Shown here: piece by piece, positions 35,626 through 50,600 of the stretch
How positions within the stretch are numbered: position 1 is the stretch's first letter
How the letters are laid out: every line of letters begins with the position of its first letter
DNA from: an uncultured virus (IMG/VR IMGVR_UViG_3300020409_000013)
Lineage: Duplodnaviria > Heunggongvirae > Uroviricota > Caudoviricetes > Kyanoviridae
DNA: 64,000 nucleotides
Strand: one strand, 5' to 3'
Virus record (IMG/VR): IMGVR_UViG_3300020409_000013
Notes under the pieces: generated by a model
Database searches by the model: none
What the model was told of the DNA's origin: nothing
What the model saw: the letters and a program-made list of their open reading frames with translations, nothing else
Made by a program: the position numbers and the translations under genes

Positions 35626-38600
35626 ATGTCTAGAGTTAATGTTTCTGACAGAGTTGAGCAACAACTCCCTGATTTTATACGTCAGGAAGATCGTCAGTTC
35701 GTACAATTACTTCAAGAATACTACAAGTCACAGGAGAAAGTCGGTAGACCATACGACATTCTTAACAATATACTCGATTATCTTGACATTGACACTTATC
35801 AGTCAAATGTCTTAACATCTGAGACAACTGTGCTACAGGCGATCGGTCTTAATGACACCGAGATCGTCGTGGAGGATATTGACGGTTATCAGGAGCGTAA
35901 CGGTAGCATTAAGGTTGATAATGAGATTCTCTATTACGAATCAGTAACTAGAGGTCCTGATGCTATCATGACACCAGGTATTTCACCTGCTGAGTTTAAA
36001 AAGAAAGAGCAAGCACTAGAAAATCCATATAACCTATTTGATGGAGTCCGTACTTCATTCCCACTTAAGTTTCAAGGCACTCCTGTAACTCCTGCGTCTG
36101 TAGATCACCTTGTAGTTACTGTATATAACCAGACTCTACGTCCTACCATTGATTACACTGTCAATGGCACAAACATCATCTTTACAACTCCTCCTAGATC
36201 ACCCTCTGGTGGAGATGATCAAAGTTTTACACAAATTAAGTATCTGATCGGTTTTGCTGATAAAACCATCGTTACTATGGATCCTATTCCTGTTAGTGAA
36301 TGGGAAGGCACCAAATATTATCCTCTAAGAGTAGGTGGTAGAGCATATACTCCTATTTCTGACGTTGCTCTAATTGTAAACCGCACAGGACAACTACAGA
36401 AACCTTTTGAGCAGTTTAATGTCTATCAAGATACTCTAGTTGCTAAGTTTGCACTTGGTAGTGCTGATACTCTTCATATTAGAGCGATTGAGTTTGTGCC
36501 TGCCTCATTTGGTAGCGGTGCAACTGCAGTTTGTAATGTACTTGAGAATAAGATTGATAATATTCTAGTTAAAGAAGGTGGAAAGGGATATAGACTTGAT
36601 TTTGCTCCTAGAGTAAACATTCAGACTGCTACTACTGGTGAATATGCTACTGCACAAAGTTTGGTTGCAGGTATTAAAGATATTCAGTTGATTTCTGGTG
36701 GTCAGGGTTATACATCTTACAACCCACCCATTCCTCTAGTCACTCCTCCTACAAATCCTAACGGTAGACTTGCAAGGGTTGCTTTGACAGTCAATGATAC
36801 CACTGGAATGGTAGATTCAGTAAGAATTACTGATTCTGGATCTGGATATGACTTTGTGCCAGTCATTACCTTCAATAATCCTGGCGGTGCAACTATTAGT
36901 GATGCAACTATTGACTCTGAAGGAAGACTTAACGTAGATAGCATTACAGTTACTAAAGCAGGTCTTAATTATGCTAATCCTCCTACTATCTACATCGACC
37001 CTGCTCCTGAGGGAGGAATCAACGCTATTGCTGAGTGCTCACTAACTCCTGAGGGTGGTCTTCTATCGGTTACTATCATTAATAGAGGTCGTGGGTATAC
37101 AACTGCACCAAGATGTCGTGTAATCGACCCTGTAGGGGCACAGGTGCTTGATGTGACGGTATCTAGCGGTGCTGTGACAGATATCGAATTGTTGACAGGT
37201 GGTAGAGGTTATACTGACGCTCCTTCTGTCTATATTGTTGATGATCGCAAAGATGCATACGGTAATCCTATTGGAGGCACAGGTGCAACTGCTGCTGCGA
37301 CGATTTTCAACGGTGAGTTGACAGATATCAATATTACTAACTTTGGTACTGGTTATTCATCGGAGTTTCCTCCTAAAATTTACATTGCTGAGCCTCTTGC
37401 AGCAAAAGCATCTGTAAACGTCGGATATGATGAAGTTACTGGATTTGCAATCGAAGAGCGTGGTAGAGAATACGTTCCTAGTGCTTTTAACGGTGTTGTC
37501 CGTGGTGTTTCCAACGTTGTTGATTATGATGAATATGGAAACCAAGTTTATGCAAAAGAAGAGCAACTTTCAACAAGCACTCACCCAATAGGGTCTGTTG
37601 TCCACAATCTTGACTCTATTTTCATCTATCAGTTATTTGAGAAGTTTAGAAAGCAATATTTGCCCACTATTCAACTCGATCCATCGAAAGTTAACCCTGT
37701 TAACGTAATTAAGAATATTAGGGACTTCTATCTTGCAAAAGGTACTGCATTAGGTGCAAAATACCTTTTCAAGATTTTGTTTGGTGAAGAGATTGAAGTA
37801 TCTTACCCTAAAGAGCAGATTATCTCTCCATCTGCTGCTACATGGGTCGTAGACACCATTCTAAGGACACAAGTGGTGTCTGGTGACCCTGCTAACCTAA
37901 TTGATGCAGAAGTTATTCAATATGCCGACGAAGTTGACCAAAATGTCAAATATGCATCAGCATTAGTCGAAAATGCGATTTCTATCATCAAAGGTGAAGA
38001 TACAATTTATGAATTGGTGATTTCTGAAGAAACACTGGTTGGCACCTTTAAGATTCCTTATAAAACACGTCTAGTTGAGCCATTAGACACTGTAGACCAA
38101 ATTGTTACCGTTGACTCGACTATTGGGTGGCCAGAGAGAAACGGCACCTTCTTTATTGGAGATAATGAAGAAGTCCAGTATAAAGAGAAGTCACTAAACC
38201 AGTTTATTGAATGTACTCGGTCAAATAACGATATTGTCGAGGATTGGGATCCTGGCACCATCATTACTTCCAATATCTTCATATACGCTAATAGAGGCAC
38301 TTCTACTGAAGTCAAAATGCGTGTTTTGGGTATTGCCGAAGCAGGGAGCACTGTGCTCGACGATACTGGATCATATTACCTACCTGGCGATAAATTAAAG
38401 GTTGCATCACTTGGATCTGACTCTGTTGGCGAGCAAAGACTAGAATCTTGGTTTTACAACGTTAAAAAACTTATTAAGGTTTCTGCAATCGATCCTGGCG
38501 GTGCATCACAAGTTGCAACCGTAACAACCGAAGAACCTCACGGATTGTTGGTTGAAGACACCGTTACAGTGTATGGTGCAAACCCAGTTATCTTTAACGG

Positions 38601-41600
38601 CACATTCCAAGTATCTTCTCGTATTGACGAGTTTACTTTCTCATATAGAGTTGCTACACCGACTGATATCATTCCAGTTGGTAATATCCTTCTTTCAGTC
38701 GATCTTAACAGAGGTAAGTCCACTGAAGTCCCAATTAACAATGTTGTAACCGAATTTACAACTAATATTCAGAATTCCTTCTTCAACGCTGATTATGTCT
38801 ACGTTGCAGCGTCAGGTCTTCCAAACTACAAGATAGGACCTTTTATTGGGTCTGCATTGATACCTGGCAACCAAAGAAAACTTATTAGAGTCCCTAGAGT
38901 CGTAAATACCGTTTCTGAGAGACAAGAGATTGCTGCTAACAGTGCAATCGGTGCTTGGGTAAATGGTGTCTCTATTTGGTGCTATAAGTCAAGAGAGTCA
39001 GTCCTTTTCGGTCCTCTGACTGGTATTGTCGTTACTACACCAGGACAAAACTATGATGCAGGATCTCCACCAGAAGTCCTTATTGAAGGTGGTGGTGGAT
39101 CTGGTGCAACTGCTACTGTTACAGTTAACGGTAGTGTTGATTCATTTGAAGTAACAAACAGTGGATCTGGTTATACTTCATCACCTTTGATCTCTATCGT
39201 TGGTGGTGGTGGATCTGGTGCATCTGCAACCGCAGTTGTTACTAATGGTAATATTACTCGTATCTTGGTAAGCAATCCTGGTAGTGGTTTCACATCACAA
39301 CCATCTATCACTATTACTGGTGGTGGCGGTAGTGGTGCTTCAGCAACTGCTAATATCAGAGGTCCTATCTCTGCTGTTACACTTACATCTGGTGGATCTG
39401 GTTATACATCTCTACCAAATATCTCTGTCACATCTGGTGAAGGTGCACTAGCACAACCCATCGTATTGAATGGTAGAATCGTTTCTATCGCTATTATTAA
39501 CTCTGGTCGTCGTTATACCACTGCACCTAAGGTAATCATTAATGGTGATGGTTTTGGTGCTGTTGCTAAAGCAACTATTGCAACTACTGGGGAAGACAAG
39601 GGTAAAGTTATTGGTATCGAGATTCTTAACAGAGGTATCAACTATCGTCAAGGCACAACTAGTGTTAGACTAGAAGCAGTCGGTGAGTTTGCAACATTCA
39701 CTGCAGAAGTATTTGAGTGGAATAAAAACTTTGAATATGACCTTGCAGACAAATATGACATTGCAAGAGGTTATGTATTCACTGGTCTTAACAACCAGTA
39801 TGGTGGTGAGTATGCACACGTTTCTGATCCTAAAGAGCTACGTTATGTGGTTGGTGATAACGTATTCCTCAATCAAGAGACAAATCAATTCCAAGAGATC
39901 TCTCAGAATTTCCAACACTCTCCAATCTTGGGATGGGCATATGATGGTAACCCAATCTACGGTCCTTATGGATATGCAAATCCAACTGACCAAAATAGTG
40001 GTGTAAGAAGACTTCGCACATCATATCGTCTAAAACCAGAGATTGTAGAAGATTCAATTACAAATCCTAATCCTAGCAGGACAGACGGTCCTCTACTTGC
40101 AGATTATCCTGCAGGATCATTTGTGCCTGATTATGAGTATGTTTTCCAAGTAGGTGACTTAGACCAGTATAACGGTCGTTTCTGTAAGACTCCTGAGTAT
40201 CCTGACGGCACATATGCATACTTCATCACTATTGATGCATCTGATAGAGGTAATCCAGAATTCCCATATATTATGGGTCCTGCGTTTAACTCACTTCCAG
40301 ATGAGTGGAATTTAAGTCAGGGTGCAGTCCAAGAGAATATTCCTGCTGATGTTGTTAGATATCGTGTCCCATATGAGAATGTGGACATCGATGTTGAGCG
40401 TCAACCCAACCAAGAGGCAGATGTCCTTACAACAGAGATTGAAGGATATCCTATTATCTTTGAAATTCAAGATAGTAATAATGACGGTTTAATTGATGCT
40501 AATGAGCAACAAGAGATTCTACAACTACAAGAAGAGCCTACTCTACAAATTTACGATTACTTCCCTCAAGTCTCACTTGAGTCTAAAGTTGACATCGATG
40601 TAGAGACTGTTACCCAGTTTGAGACTGCACAGATTGATGGATTCGTTATTGAGAATCCTGGCAGATCTTATCAGGTAAATGATACTGTATTCTTCGATAA
40701 TGAGAGCACTGGTGGATTTGGTGCTTCTGCTATCATTGATAGCATCAAAGGTGTTGCTATTAGTGCATACCAAAAGCAAATAATTGGTGACAAACCATAT
40801 GGTGTTATTACAACTGCTGAGAATCATGATCTGATTCAAGGTGATGAGATTATTGTTAATTCTACTCCTATCCTTGCAAATACAAATAAAGAGTATGTTG
40901 TAAAAGTTGTAGACGGTATTGAGTCAGTTACAGTCGATCAACAAGGTGTTGGTTATAATGAAAACATTCCACCTGTATATGAGTTAGTTGATGCATCTGG
41001 TGGTATTGACGCTGAGTTTACTATCAACCTAGACGCTGCAGGCGTTGCTGATTCCTTTAATATCGTCAACTCTGGTAATGGATATGATACTTCTAATCCT
41101 CCACAAATCAGAGTAACACATCCTCAGTCATTTACTAAGACACGTTATTGGTTGTCTGAGTATTTGAATGACAGTGGTAACATTGAAATATTTGATAGTA
41201 TCATCACTAATAATAGAGATTACTATATTTGTGGATCTCTAGTAGAAGATCTTGACGGTGACCAAGTTGGTTTCCTTGCTAAGTTTGATGATAACGGTGA
41301 AGTGCAATGGGTGAGGACATTGCTTCCAAACAATGCAGGTGTTAAGAAACTTGAGTTTACCTGTTTGTATGTCGATGACTCAGAAGAAAACGACGCCATT
41401 TATGTTGGTGGCCAATCATATGACCCATCAAACGCCAATTATAATCCAGATGTTTGGTTTGGTAAATATATCTCTGAGAGAGATAATGCCAACAATCCTA
41501 CAGGCACACTTAAGTGGCAAAAGTCTATTGCAGGTATCTCTGGTGGACAACGTAGAGACTATATTACAGACATCTATCTAGATCAAAATAAGTCTATCTA

Positions 41601-44600
41601 CCTTGTAGGTTATACTGATACTCAAGCAATCGACGCTAACGATATTTGGATTATTCAATCTAATAATGATGGAGATATCAAAGAGAAGCGTAAGATTTCT
41701 TCTCCAAATGGTGATGAGGATATTACACAGATTAGATGGATTGCAAATGATCAATTCTTCTTTACTGGTGTAAACCAAACTACAGATAACCTAATCTATG
41801 GCACATTCTCCTACGATGGGTCTAATATTAATGTAGACTATGTTAAACAGATACCTGCTCTTGGTGGGTATGTAAGAAACCCAAGATTCACTATTGACGA
41901 GTATAACGATGTATTCATACTCTACGACGTATATAACAATGCAAACGGCAAGTTTGAGAGAATTCAAGTTGGTAAACTTGCTCTCCTTACTGCAAACTCT
42001 ACTCAGACAGATGTGCAAGGTAACCAAGTGCAAGTGCCTTGGTTGTGGAGAAAATCACTAACACCGCAGGGAGATTATGTCTCTATCAAAAATACAGGAT
42101 TACATGTTGATGTATTTGGTGATATCGCTATTACTGCTGCTCTCGATTATGACGAAGATAGAAAAGTCAATATTGTATCTTCACTCAAGTATGATGGCAC
42201 AATTAAGGCAGAATCGTTAATTGAAACTACTGACTCTGTTGGACAGGTCGGTAAGACATCTGTTGTTGATAACTCTGGTGATATCGTTACTTTTGCTGAA
42301 AGATTGATTCCTAATCAACTTGCAGTCTATAGATTTGATAATAGTGCTGATTTAGACTATGACACAACTAAACAGACTATATCTACTCTTACAATTCAAA
42401 CACCTGCTGATGCTACTGTAGATACTGGTTATTACAAGTTTGGCACTGGATCACTTAAATTCCAAGCAGCAAACCGTGCTACTGCCTCAGGTCTAGCATG
42501 GGAAGGTCAAAACTGGACTACTGCAGCATGGTTTAGTATGAATACCACTGCATATGCAGCAGGTAATACTCCACACTTCTTTGATACTGTTGAAGTAAAT
42601 GGCACCTCTGGTGTTTCTGTATACCTTATGGGTATCTCATCTGATCCCAACTTCGGTAAAATTATTCTTGAAGTAAATGGTAGTGTAGTTGCTTCTTCTA
42701 CAGAGACTACTTACTGGGGCAACTTTGCTGCTGCAGCATGGCACCATATTGCACTTGTTAAAGAAAATACTGGATCAGGTGTTTGGGAAATCAATGTTTA
42801 CTACGATGGCAACCTTGCAGTCACATATCAAACTCTAATTGACGTTAATATGGCGTCTGTTGGATTAGGTGGCACTGAGCCTTCTGTAGCATCTAAAGCA
42901 TTTATTGGTCACATTGATGATTGGGTTATATCTAAACTTGATGAATATGAGTCAACATTCTCTACTCCTCTAGTTAAATTCCCACTGTCACATGAAAAGA
43001 GTGACATAGTTGCTATTAAGATTGATAAAGCACATACTTCTGGAAGAGGCACATATACTCTAACTACACCTACTAACTACGAGAATCTTACTATCAGTGA
43101 GTGGACAACTGGCACATGGTCTGATGCAGGTCTTCCTGCTATTGACCAGTGGGATGTGGGTGCAGGTGGTCTACAACTACTTGACTTCTCCGATACTCCT
43201 AGTGTCTACACCCCAGTCCAGACATATACATGGACTAACAATAAAGAGAATATTGCATCTAAGTCTTCTACAATTCCTGTTAAGAATGGTAAGAAGATGT
43301 TTGTTACTGCAAACGTCGTCCCCAAATTCTATATTAAAGATGCAAACTATAGTAAGATTGACAACGTTTATGAGTTGACACTTAACCAAGATGTTAAGTT
43401 TACTAAGGGTGCAATCCTTCAGCAATATAATTCTCTTGGTGTTGTCCAAGCATACGGCACCATTGTAGAAGTCCCAGTAGGCACTACAGTTAATCCTGGT
43501 CTAGGCAACAAGTATAAAGTTGGTAAGATCTTCGGCACTATCAACAATACTGATCTTCTTAGATCTACCGAGGCAACAGATATCAACGAAATGCCTGGTA
43601 AGTTTGTTGGTATTGAGGAAGAAAACCTTTGGGTAACTGCAACTGCATATAATACTGGTGACAGAGTTTACTATGCACAGAAGATATACGAAGCACAGGC
43701 AGGTGGCACATCAGGCGTAACACCTCCAACACATACAACTGGTGCAGTATCTGACGGTGCTATTACTTGGGTGTTTATCAGGAATGCAGGTGAGTTTACC
43801 ATTGACATTCAAGAAGAGCCATATCCTACACCTCAATACAGAGATCTCGACATGGAGCGTTGGGATTCTGGCATCCTATATCCTGTTGGATATCAAGTTT
43901 ATTGGAAGCGTAACATATATGAAGTAACGGTTGCAGGTACATCTGGACTCATTGCTCCAGTCCATACAACTGGCACAGCATCTGATGGTGGCGTTACATG
44001 GGAATGGAAATCTACAGAGTTAGCATTGTCTGACTACGCTAGATTCCAACCATACGATGATAGAGGTCAGTATTCTGTTAAAATTCTTAAGACACAACCT
44101 GCATCTTCTTACATACCTGGTGATGTTATTGCAATTAACTCTAATAACATTGTCATCGATGATGATGGAAATGATGCATATAAGATTGTTAAAGTTACTG
44201 GATTCCCATCAGTTAAAGAGGTTGAGTTAACTTGTGTCCTTAAGAAGGATATTAAAAAGACTAGCGAAGCAAGATCTGATCTTGTTTATGCAACATCTGT
44301 TACACCTCACAACTTCAGAGAAAACGATATCATCTTTACTGAAGGATTTACGACTACCGAATATAACGGATCATTCTTTATCAGTGAAGTATTTGGTAGT
44401 AGAGAATATGTCTTTGGATTGAGGACAACTGCAGCAGGTGATCCTCTATTCGAACAAGGAGCAATCTCTAGCGTTAAGATATATGCTAAGCATCCATCAC
44501 TAACCTTTATCAGAAATCATCAATATGTCTTTGACGTTGGTGATGCATCTAACTTCGGTTACTATCTGTCATTTGCACAGGATAACCAGTATAAGTTGGA

Positions 44601-47600
44601 ATATTCCTTCAACAATATTACTCGTGTTGGTACACCTGGCGTGCAAGCAGAAGGTTTACGTCCATACGTTAAATTCTCTGCCATAGGTAATGTAACAAAT
44701 ATTTCTTACTACTTTGATCCATCTAGGATTGGAGCAAACTCACCTGTTGGTGATAACTCCTTTGTTGATGTTATCAAGACTCCTTATGATGGCACATTTA
44801 GAATTTCTCAGGTTGTTAATAACACTGAATTCAAATTCCCATTGGATCTTGAGCCAGAAACCTCATCTGCTGAAGTCCAAGATGATGAGTTTGGTAATCC
44901 ATACTCCTACTACTCAACCACATCTGTCAAGGCAATCGGACCTATCAACACTATTAAACTAGTGTCTGCAGGTGGATTCTATCAGAAACTTCCAGTTATC
45001 TCTGACATTGCATCATTCAGACAGATTGAGCGTATCACCATTATCGATGGAGGTACAGAATATCAACCTGGCGTTTACTATAATGTGCCTATTGATGGAG
45101 ATGGTGAGGGTGGTCTAGCAACTCTTACTGTTACTCTTGACGAGGAAATTGGATCTGGCACAATCACAGAAGCTACTGTATCTGATGCAGGTAAAGGTTA
45201 TACAACTGCATCTATCGACGTTGATGCTATCACTGGTATCTTAGGACCTACTCTTGCAGGATCTGGTGCTGCTCTAGACGTTGTAATTCCTGCTGAAGGT
45301 GAAGGTGCATCAGTATTCTTAACTGGTAGAAATATTGGTAAGATTAAGAGACTTAAGAATAACGAATTTGGTTTCGGATACTCTCATGACTATACTCTAC
45401 GTCCTGAGATTACATTCCCTGTTAACCTTCAACTATTCAACACCTCAATCCTAACTGAGATTAAGATTACAAATCCAGGTTCTGGTTACACCTCTGCTCC
45501 TGCAGTTGTGATCGAAGGTGGTGGTGGATCAGGTGCTGAGGCAGAGGCGGTTATCAAAAACAATCGTCTTAGTGAGATCATTATTAAGAATCCAGGTCAA
45601 GGATATTCATCTGAGCCTACTGTAACTCTTAAATCAGAATTTAACTATGTTGTTAACTTAGATCTTAACTATCTACAGTTTAACTTCCCACATGGTATTA
45701 CAACTGGTGCTGCTATTCAGTTGCGTGCTGATGATGTTGGATCTACAACTGGTATCCTACCAAAACCAAGTAGTGCAGGTTTGACTCAATTAGTTGATGG
45801 GCAGATATACTATGCTATCGCTGACCAACTAGAATCTGATCAATTACGCTTCGCATTAACGTTACAGGCCGCACAGTCTGGTGACTTTATCACCTTCCTA
45901 ACACAAGGTGAAGGACGACAAACTCTCTTGACCGAGGTGTTTGGAGGTGCTGCTGATGCTGTTGTTGCAACTTCTAGATTCTTAGAAGGTGAAAAAGTAT
46001 ATCAAGGTAACTCTCCTGAGCAAGCAACTGCAGAAGGTTTCGTTTCTACTAACACTGGTTGGCAGATCGGTCCTAAGATTCTTAAGATCGTTGATTACAC
46101 AGGTAACTTTGTCCAAGGTGAAAAAGTATCAGGTGAGGTTTCTAAAGCATCTGGTATTATCGATAACTTGAGCATTGCTCGTGGTGTATTGAATATTGAC
46201 TCAATTACACAAACACCTGGTAGATTTATCGATGATGTTGGTAAACCATCTGAGATTGTCCAGAAGATTCAAGATAGTTTCTTCTATCAGTCATTCTCTT
46301 ATGTTATTACATCTGAAATTCCTATTACAAAATGGAAGAAACAAGTATTAGATAACAACCACCCAACTGGATTTAAGATGTTTGGTCAGTTACAACTGAC
46401 TGGTGGAGAGGACGTATCTGGTAGAAAGGTTGGCACAGAATTTATCAAAGAAGTTAATATTAATGAGTATACTAATGTAAACCAGATTACATCATTCGGT
46501 GCTGCTGAGCCAGTATATACTGACTATAACAACACAGAGGTGCTATTCAGAAATAGAAGATTGACCTCATCTGAGGAAATCTTGACTTCTATCGTTAAGA
46601 AGATTGATGATATTTCTGGTGACTTTGATGGTATTAAGAAGTCCTTCCCAATTACTGTTGAAGGTGAAGGTGTAATTGTTAAAGGTAATCAGTTATTGAT
46701 TACTTTGAATGGTGTTATCCAAGCACCTGATACCTCATATCAAATTGTTGGTAACCAAATTGTATTTGCTGAGCCACCAAAAGCAGCATCACAGGTTAGA
46801 TATAGAGCTGTTAGATTTGCTACTATCCCTGTATACAGAATTGCTCTGCAGAATCCACAGGGTATTTTCCCTGAGATGGGTCAGCAAATCAATGGCGAAT
46901 CATCAGATGCATATGCAACTGTTGTTGATTCTGGGACTTTCCACATTGACGTAATCAATATTACTGACGGACCTTTTACTATCAGTGAGATTGTTAAGAG
47001 GACTAACCTATTCACTGCTATCGTAGAGTCTGTCACTCTACTCAATACCGAAAACCTCTTCAAATTCCAAGAAACTATCACTAACTTTGAAGGTGATATT
47101 GCAATCATTGAAGAGACAAACCTTGATGCACAAGGTAATGCAACTGATACATTACTCTTGAGTAAGACCTCAGGTACTGCAAGATTTGAAACTGGTATCT
47201 TTGATATCAAGTTAAATGAATACATCTACTCAAGTAAATCTAAGATTGTTGCTCAGATTACATTCATCAGTCCATATCTTGATCCTAATACTGGTCAACC
47301 TGTTGACACTCTAATCATTAACAGAGGATCTACATTCTTCGGTCTTATCTACGAAAGACTTGTTGCTATTCAGAATCCTAACGTTATTCTGGATGATATC
47401 TCACAGTCTTCTATTACACCTGTTAAGTTGTATGATCCTAGTGCAAGAATCAACGAAGACTTCCTAGACTTTGAAGAGGTTAGAAGCACTGAGATTGAAT
47501 ACGATAATCTTTCTAGTGGCACATTCCAAGCTGGTGATGCTCTAAGAAACAAAGCAATCTTCTATGCAAACCTTGTAGGTAATGCAGGTAACAGAAAGAA

Positions 47601-50600
47601 TGATGGTGCTAGAAGCATCCGTAGAAATAAGCAAGAAATTATTGATAGAGCAGAGCGTTATGTTGCTGTAGAGCATCCTGACTTCTACTATCCTGGCGAC
47701 GTCCAAACAAATACAACCTCAAGATTCAGAGATGCATATCGCATGATCTGGAAAAATATAGAGGCAATTAAACTAAGAGCATACGATTTACAGAAGACAC
47801 AGTTTACTGGCACTGCAGCAGGTGATAAAGAAGGATACATTGATGACGTTATGTTATGGTTGGAATGTATTGCTCTCGACATCCACTCAGGTGGTAACCA
47901 GTATTCACTGAAATGGATTAACGAATACTTCTCCGACGCTGCAACTTTGTCCTATAGTAGGGCACAGGCCGAATTGATCTACATCGTTGAGCAAGCGAAA
48001 GATCTAGTGATGGCAGCGATTACAAACCAGTTGACTGGCGTATTCAGTGCAGTCAATTCTACCGATGAAGCAACTTATTATGCAGACCTCTCAATCACAG
48101 CAGACCCATCACCAGGATCTCCGTATGCGACTCCAGGCAGCAATACAGATAACGCTACTGTTGATAATTGTAGCGACGTGCAGTCTGCAATTAATACTAT
48201 CTGGACATGGCAAAACGAAGCACTCACAGCAGGAAACCTAAATGATATTCCTGATGAGGTTGCTCCTACAGTCTCTATTGGTCAAGAAAAATGTCGTCGT
48301 GACTTAGGACTCTTTATTGAAGCAATCGCTGATGACTTGGCATCTGGCGGTGAATTCCAATCTCAAAACTTCTCAGAGCAATACTTTGACGCTACTGGTA
48401 ACTTTATCCTTAACGGATTCTATGGTGAAGTTGCTGAGTCTCAGACTGCTCTTTTGAAAGCAAGAGATACAATGTATTATGCTATCAATAACTTGCTGTT
48501 TATTAAGGATATTGGTAACGAAGGATATAACTTGAATGATCCTATCACCTATGGTGGATCTGCTCCTGCACATACCTATGATCCTAACTACTCTTCTGGT
48601 AATGCTCAGAGTCTTTCTAACTGTGCTGATGTGCAGCAGAATATCAGATTCCTAACTGATATTATTATTCATTCTATAACTGCAGAGAATACACATAACC
48701 TTACTGGCACAACTTCATACACATCTGAGGGCACAGGCGGTCCTAAGATCACTGGTGTATTTGCTGATCCAGTGCCACAGGGTAATCTTAAGATTGATGG
48801 TGCAAACCTTCTTCTTAACAACAAAGAATTTATTGCTGCAGAAGCACTTCACGTTTATAAGACTGCTAACCCATCATTCACTCCACATCAGACTGATGCT
48901 GATTGCACAGATGATATTGAGGATGTAATTGAAGCGATTGCTTACGACCTTAAGTATGGTGGTAATAGCAGAGTATATGATGCTGCAACCTATGCTATTG
49001 CATACGATGATTCACCTACTCTTGCAAGTCAGGTAAATGGAATCTATGCTGCAGCACAAACTATTGCACATCAAGTTATCGATAATGGTAGTCAGACATT
49101 CACAGTTGCTAATGTAAACAACGGCACTAGGACTTTTGATGTCACTGTCCCAGCTGTCACACTAGATGCAGGTGATGCATTAACTTACGTTGGTAACGGT
49201 AAGATGGTTGTGGCACCTCCACAATACACACCATCTGGTGCTACTTACGATCCTGTAACTGGTGATTTAGTCCTTACTATTGGATCACATTCTATCGGTG
49301 TTGGTAGAAAGATTTCTATTGCTGCAAATAGTTTGACATTCACTTGCTCGATGGATGGAAACAGCAGTCAGAAGACTTATCCTCGTGCATCTGATCCTTA
49401 TTATAATGTCCCTCTAGAAATTACTGCTACAGGTCCCACAACTATTACAGTTAACGTCGGTGCATCTCCGATAGTAACATTTACTCCTACTGCTGTTAGT
49501 TACAACCCTTCTAGCGGTGTAATGGTCATGACCATTGGTGAGCACAAGTTAGAGGCAGGCACACATATCAAGATTGCTCAAGAATCTCTAATCTTTAGAT
49601 GCTCTCAGGATAACTATCAGACTGATCACGCTTATCCAAGGACAACTGACCCATATTATGACACTTCTATTGAGATTACTGCAGCAACATCAACTACTAT
49701 TACTGTAAACGTTGGTGCTGCAACTGCACAAGGTCAGTATGATCACATCTTCCAGAGTGCAACATTTGGTGCTGTAGTTACAGGTGGTAACTATACTCAT
49801 AGTTTTGTAAGTGCTGCTTCCAATGCAGTGACTATCGATGCTACTGCTGATATTGCAAATGCAACTTACGACGTCACAAATGGCACCCTCTCTGTCCAAC
49901 TTGCAGAAAATTATACACCTACTCTCAGCAATGGAGATACAGTAAGACTACATTACTTACATTTTGTATCTAAGACATTCGGTGACTACTTCTATCCTAG
50001 AGTTGCTGCTACTGGCAATCATGGTAAGAGACAGTGGTTTGATCAAGATCTAACGCCTTATAATCTAAGCACTAACGGTTGTGCAACTGTTGTATCTGCA
50101 TACACAACACTTCAAAGTGTGTATACAACAGCATATACCAACAATAACATGGCACATGCCACTCGCACTGCTCCTACCGAAAGGACTATCACTGACGGTG
50201 GATATACTGCGGGCGAGACACTTCGTGTTTCTAAGTATGCATACAAAGATCCTTCTAGAGGTCTATTCTTACCTGGCGAAAATCTTAAGGGTGTTACAAC
50301 TAGAGCATCTGCACCTATCAAAGGATCTAACTCTGGTCTTAAGTGGATCTATGGTGGTAACGCTACTGGCACATTCAGTATTGGAGAATATGTAACTAAC
50401 TCTACTTTGGTTAACACTGCATGCACAATAGACGAAATTACAATTCTTTCTTCCTTATCTAATAGCACCAAATCTATAAGAATACCTAATACTGGTAGCA
50501 TTATTCAAACTGCTAGAAACGATTTCAAATTTGGCACTGGTGATTTCACCATTGAAATGAGACTTCGTTTAGATGCAGTATCTGGTAATCAAACTATATT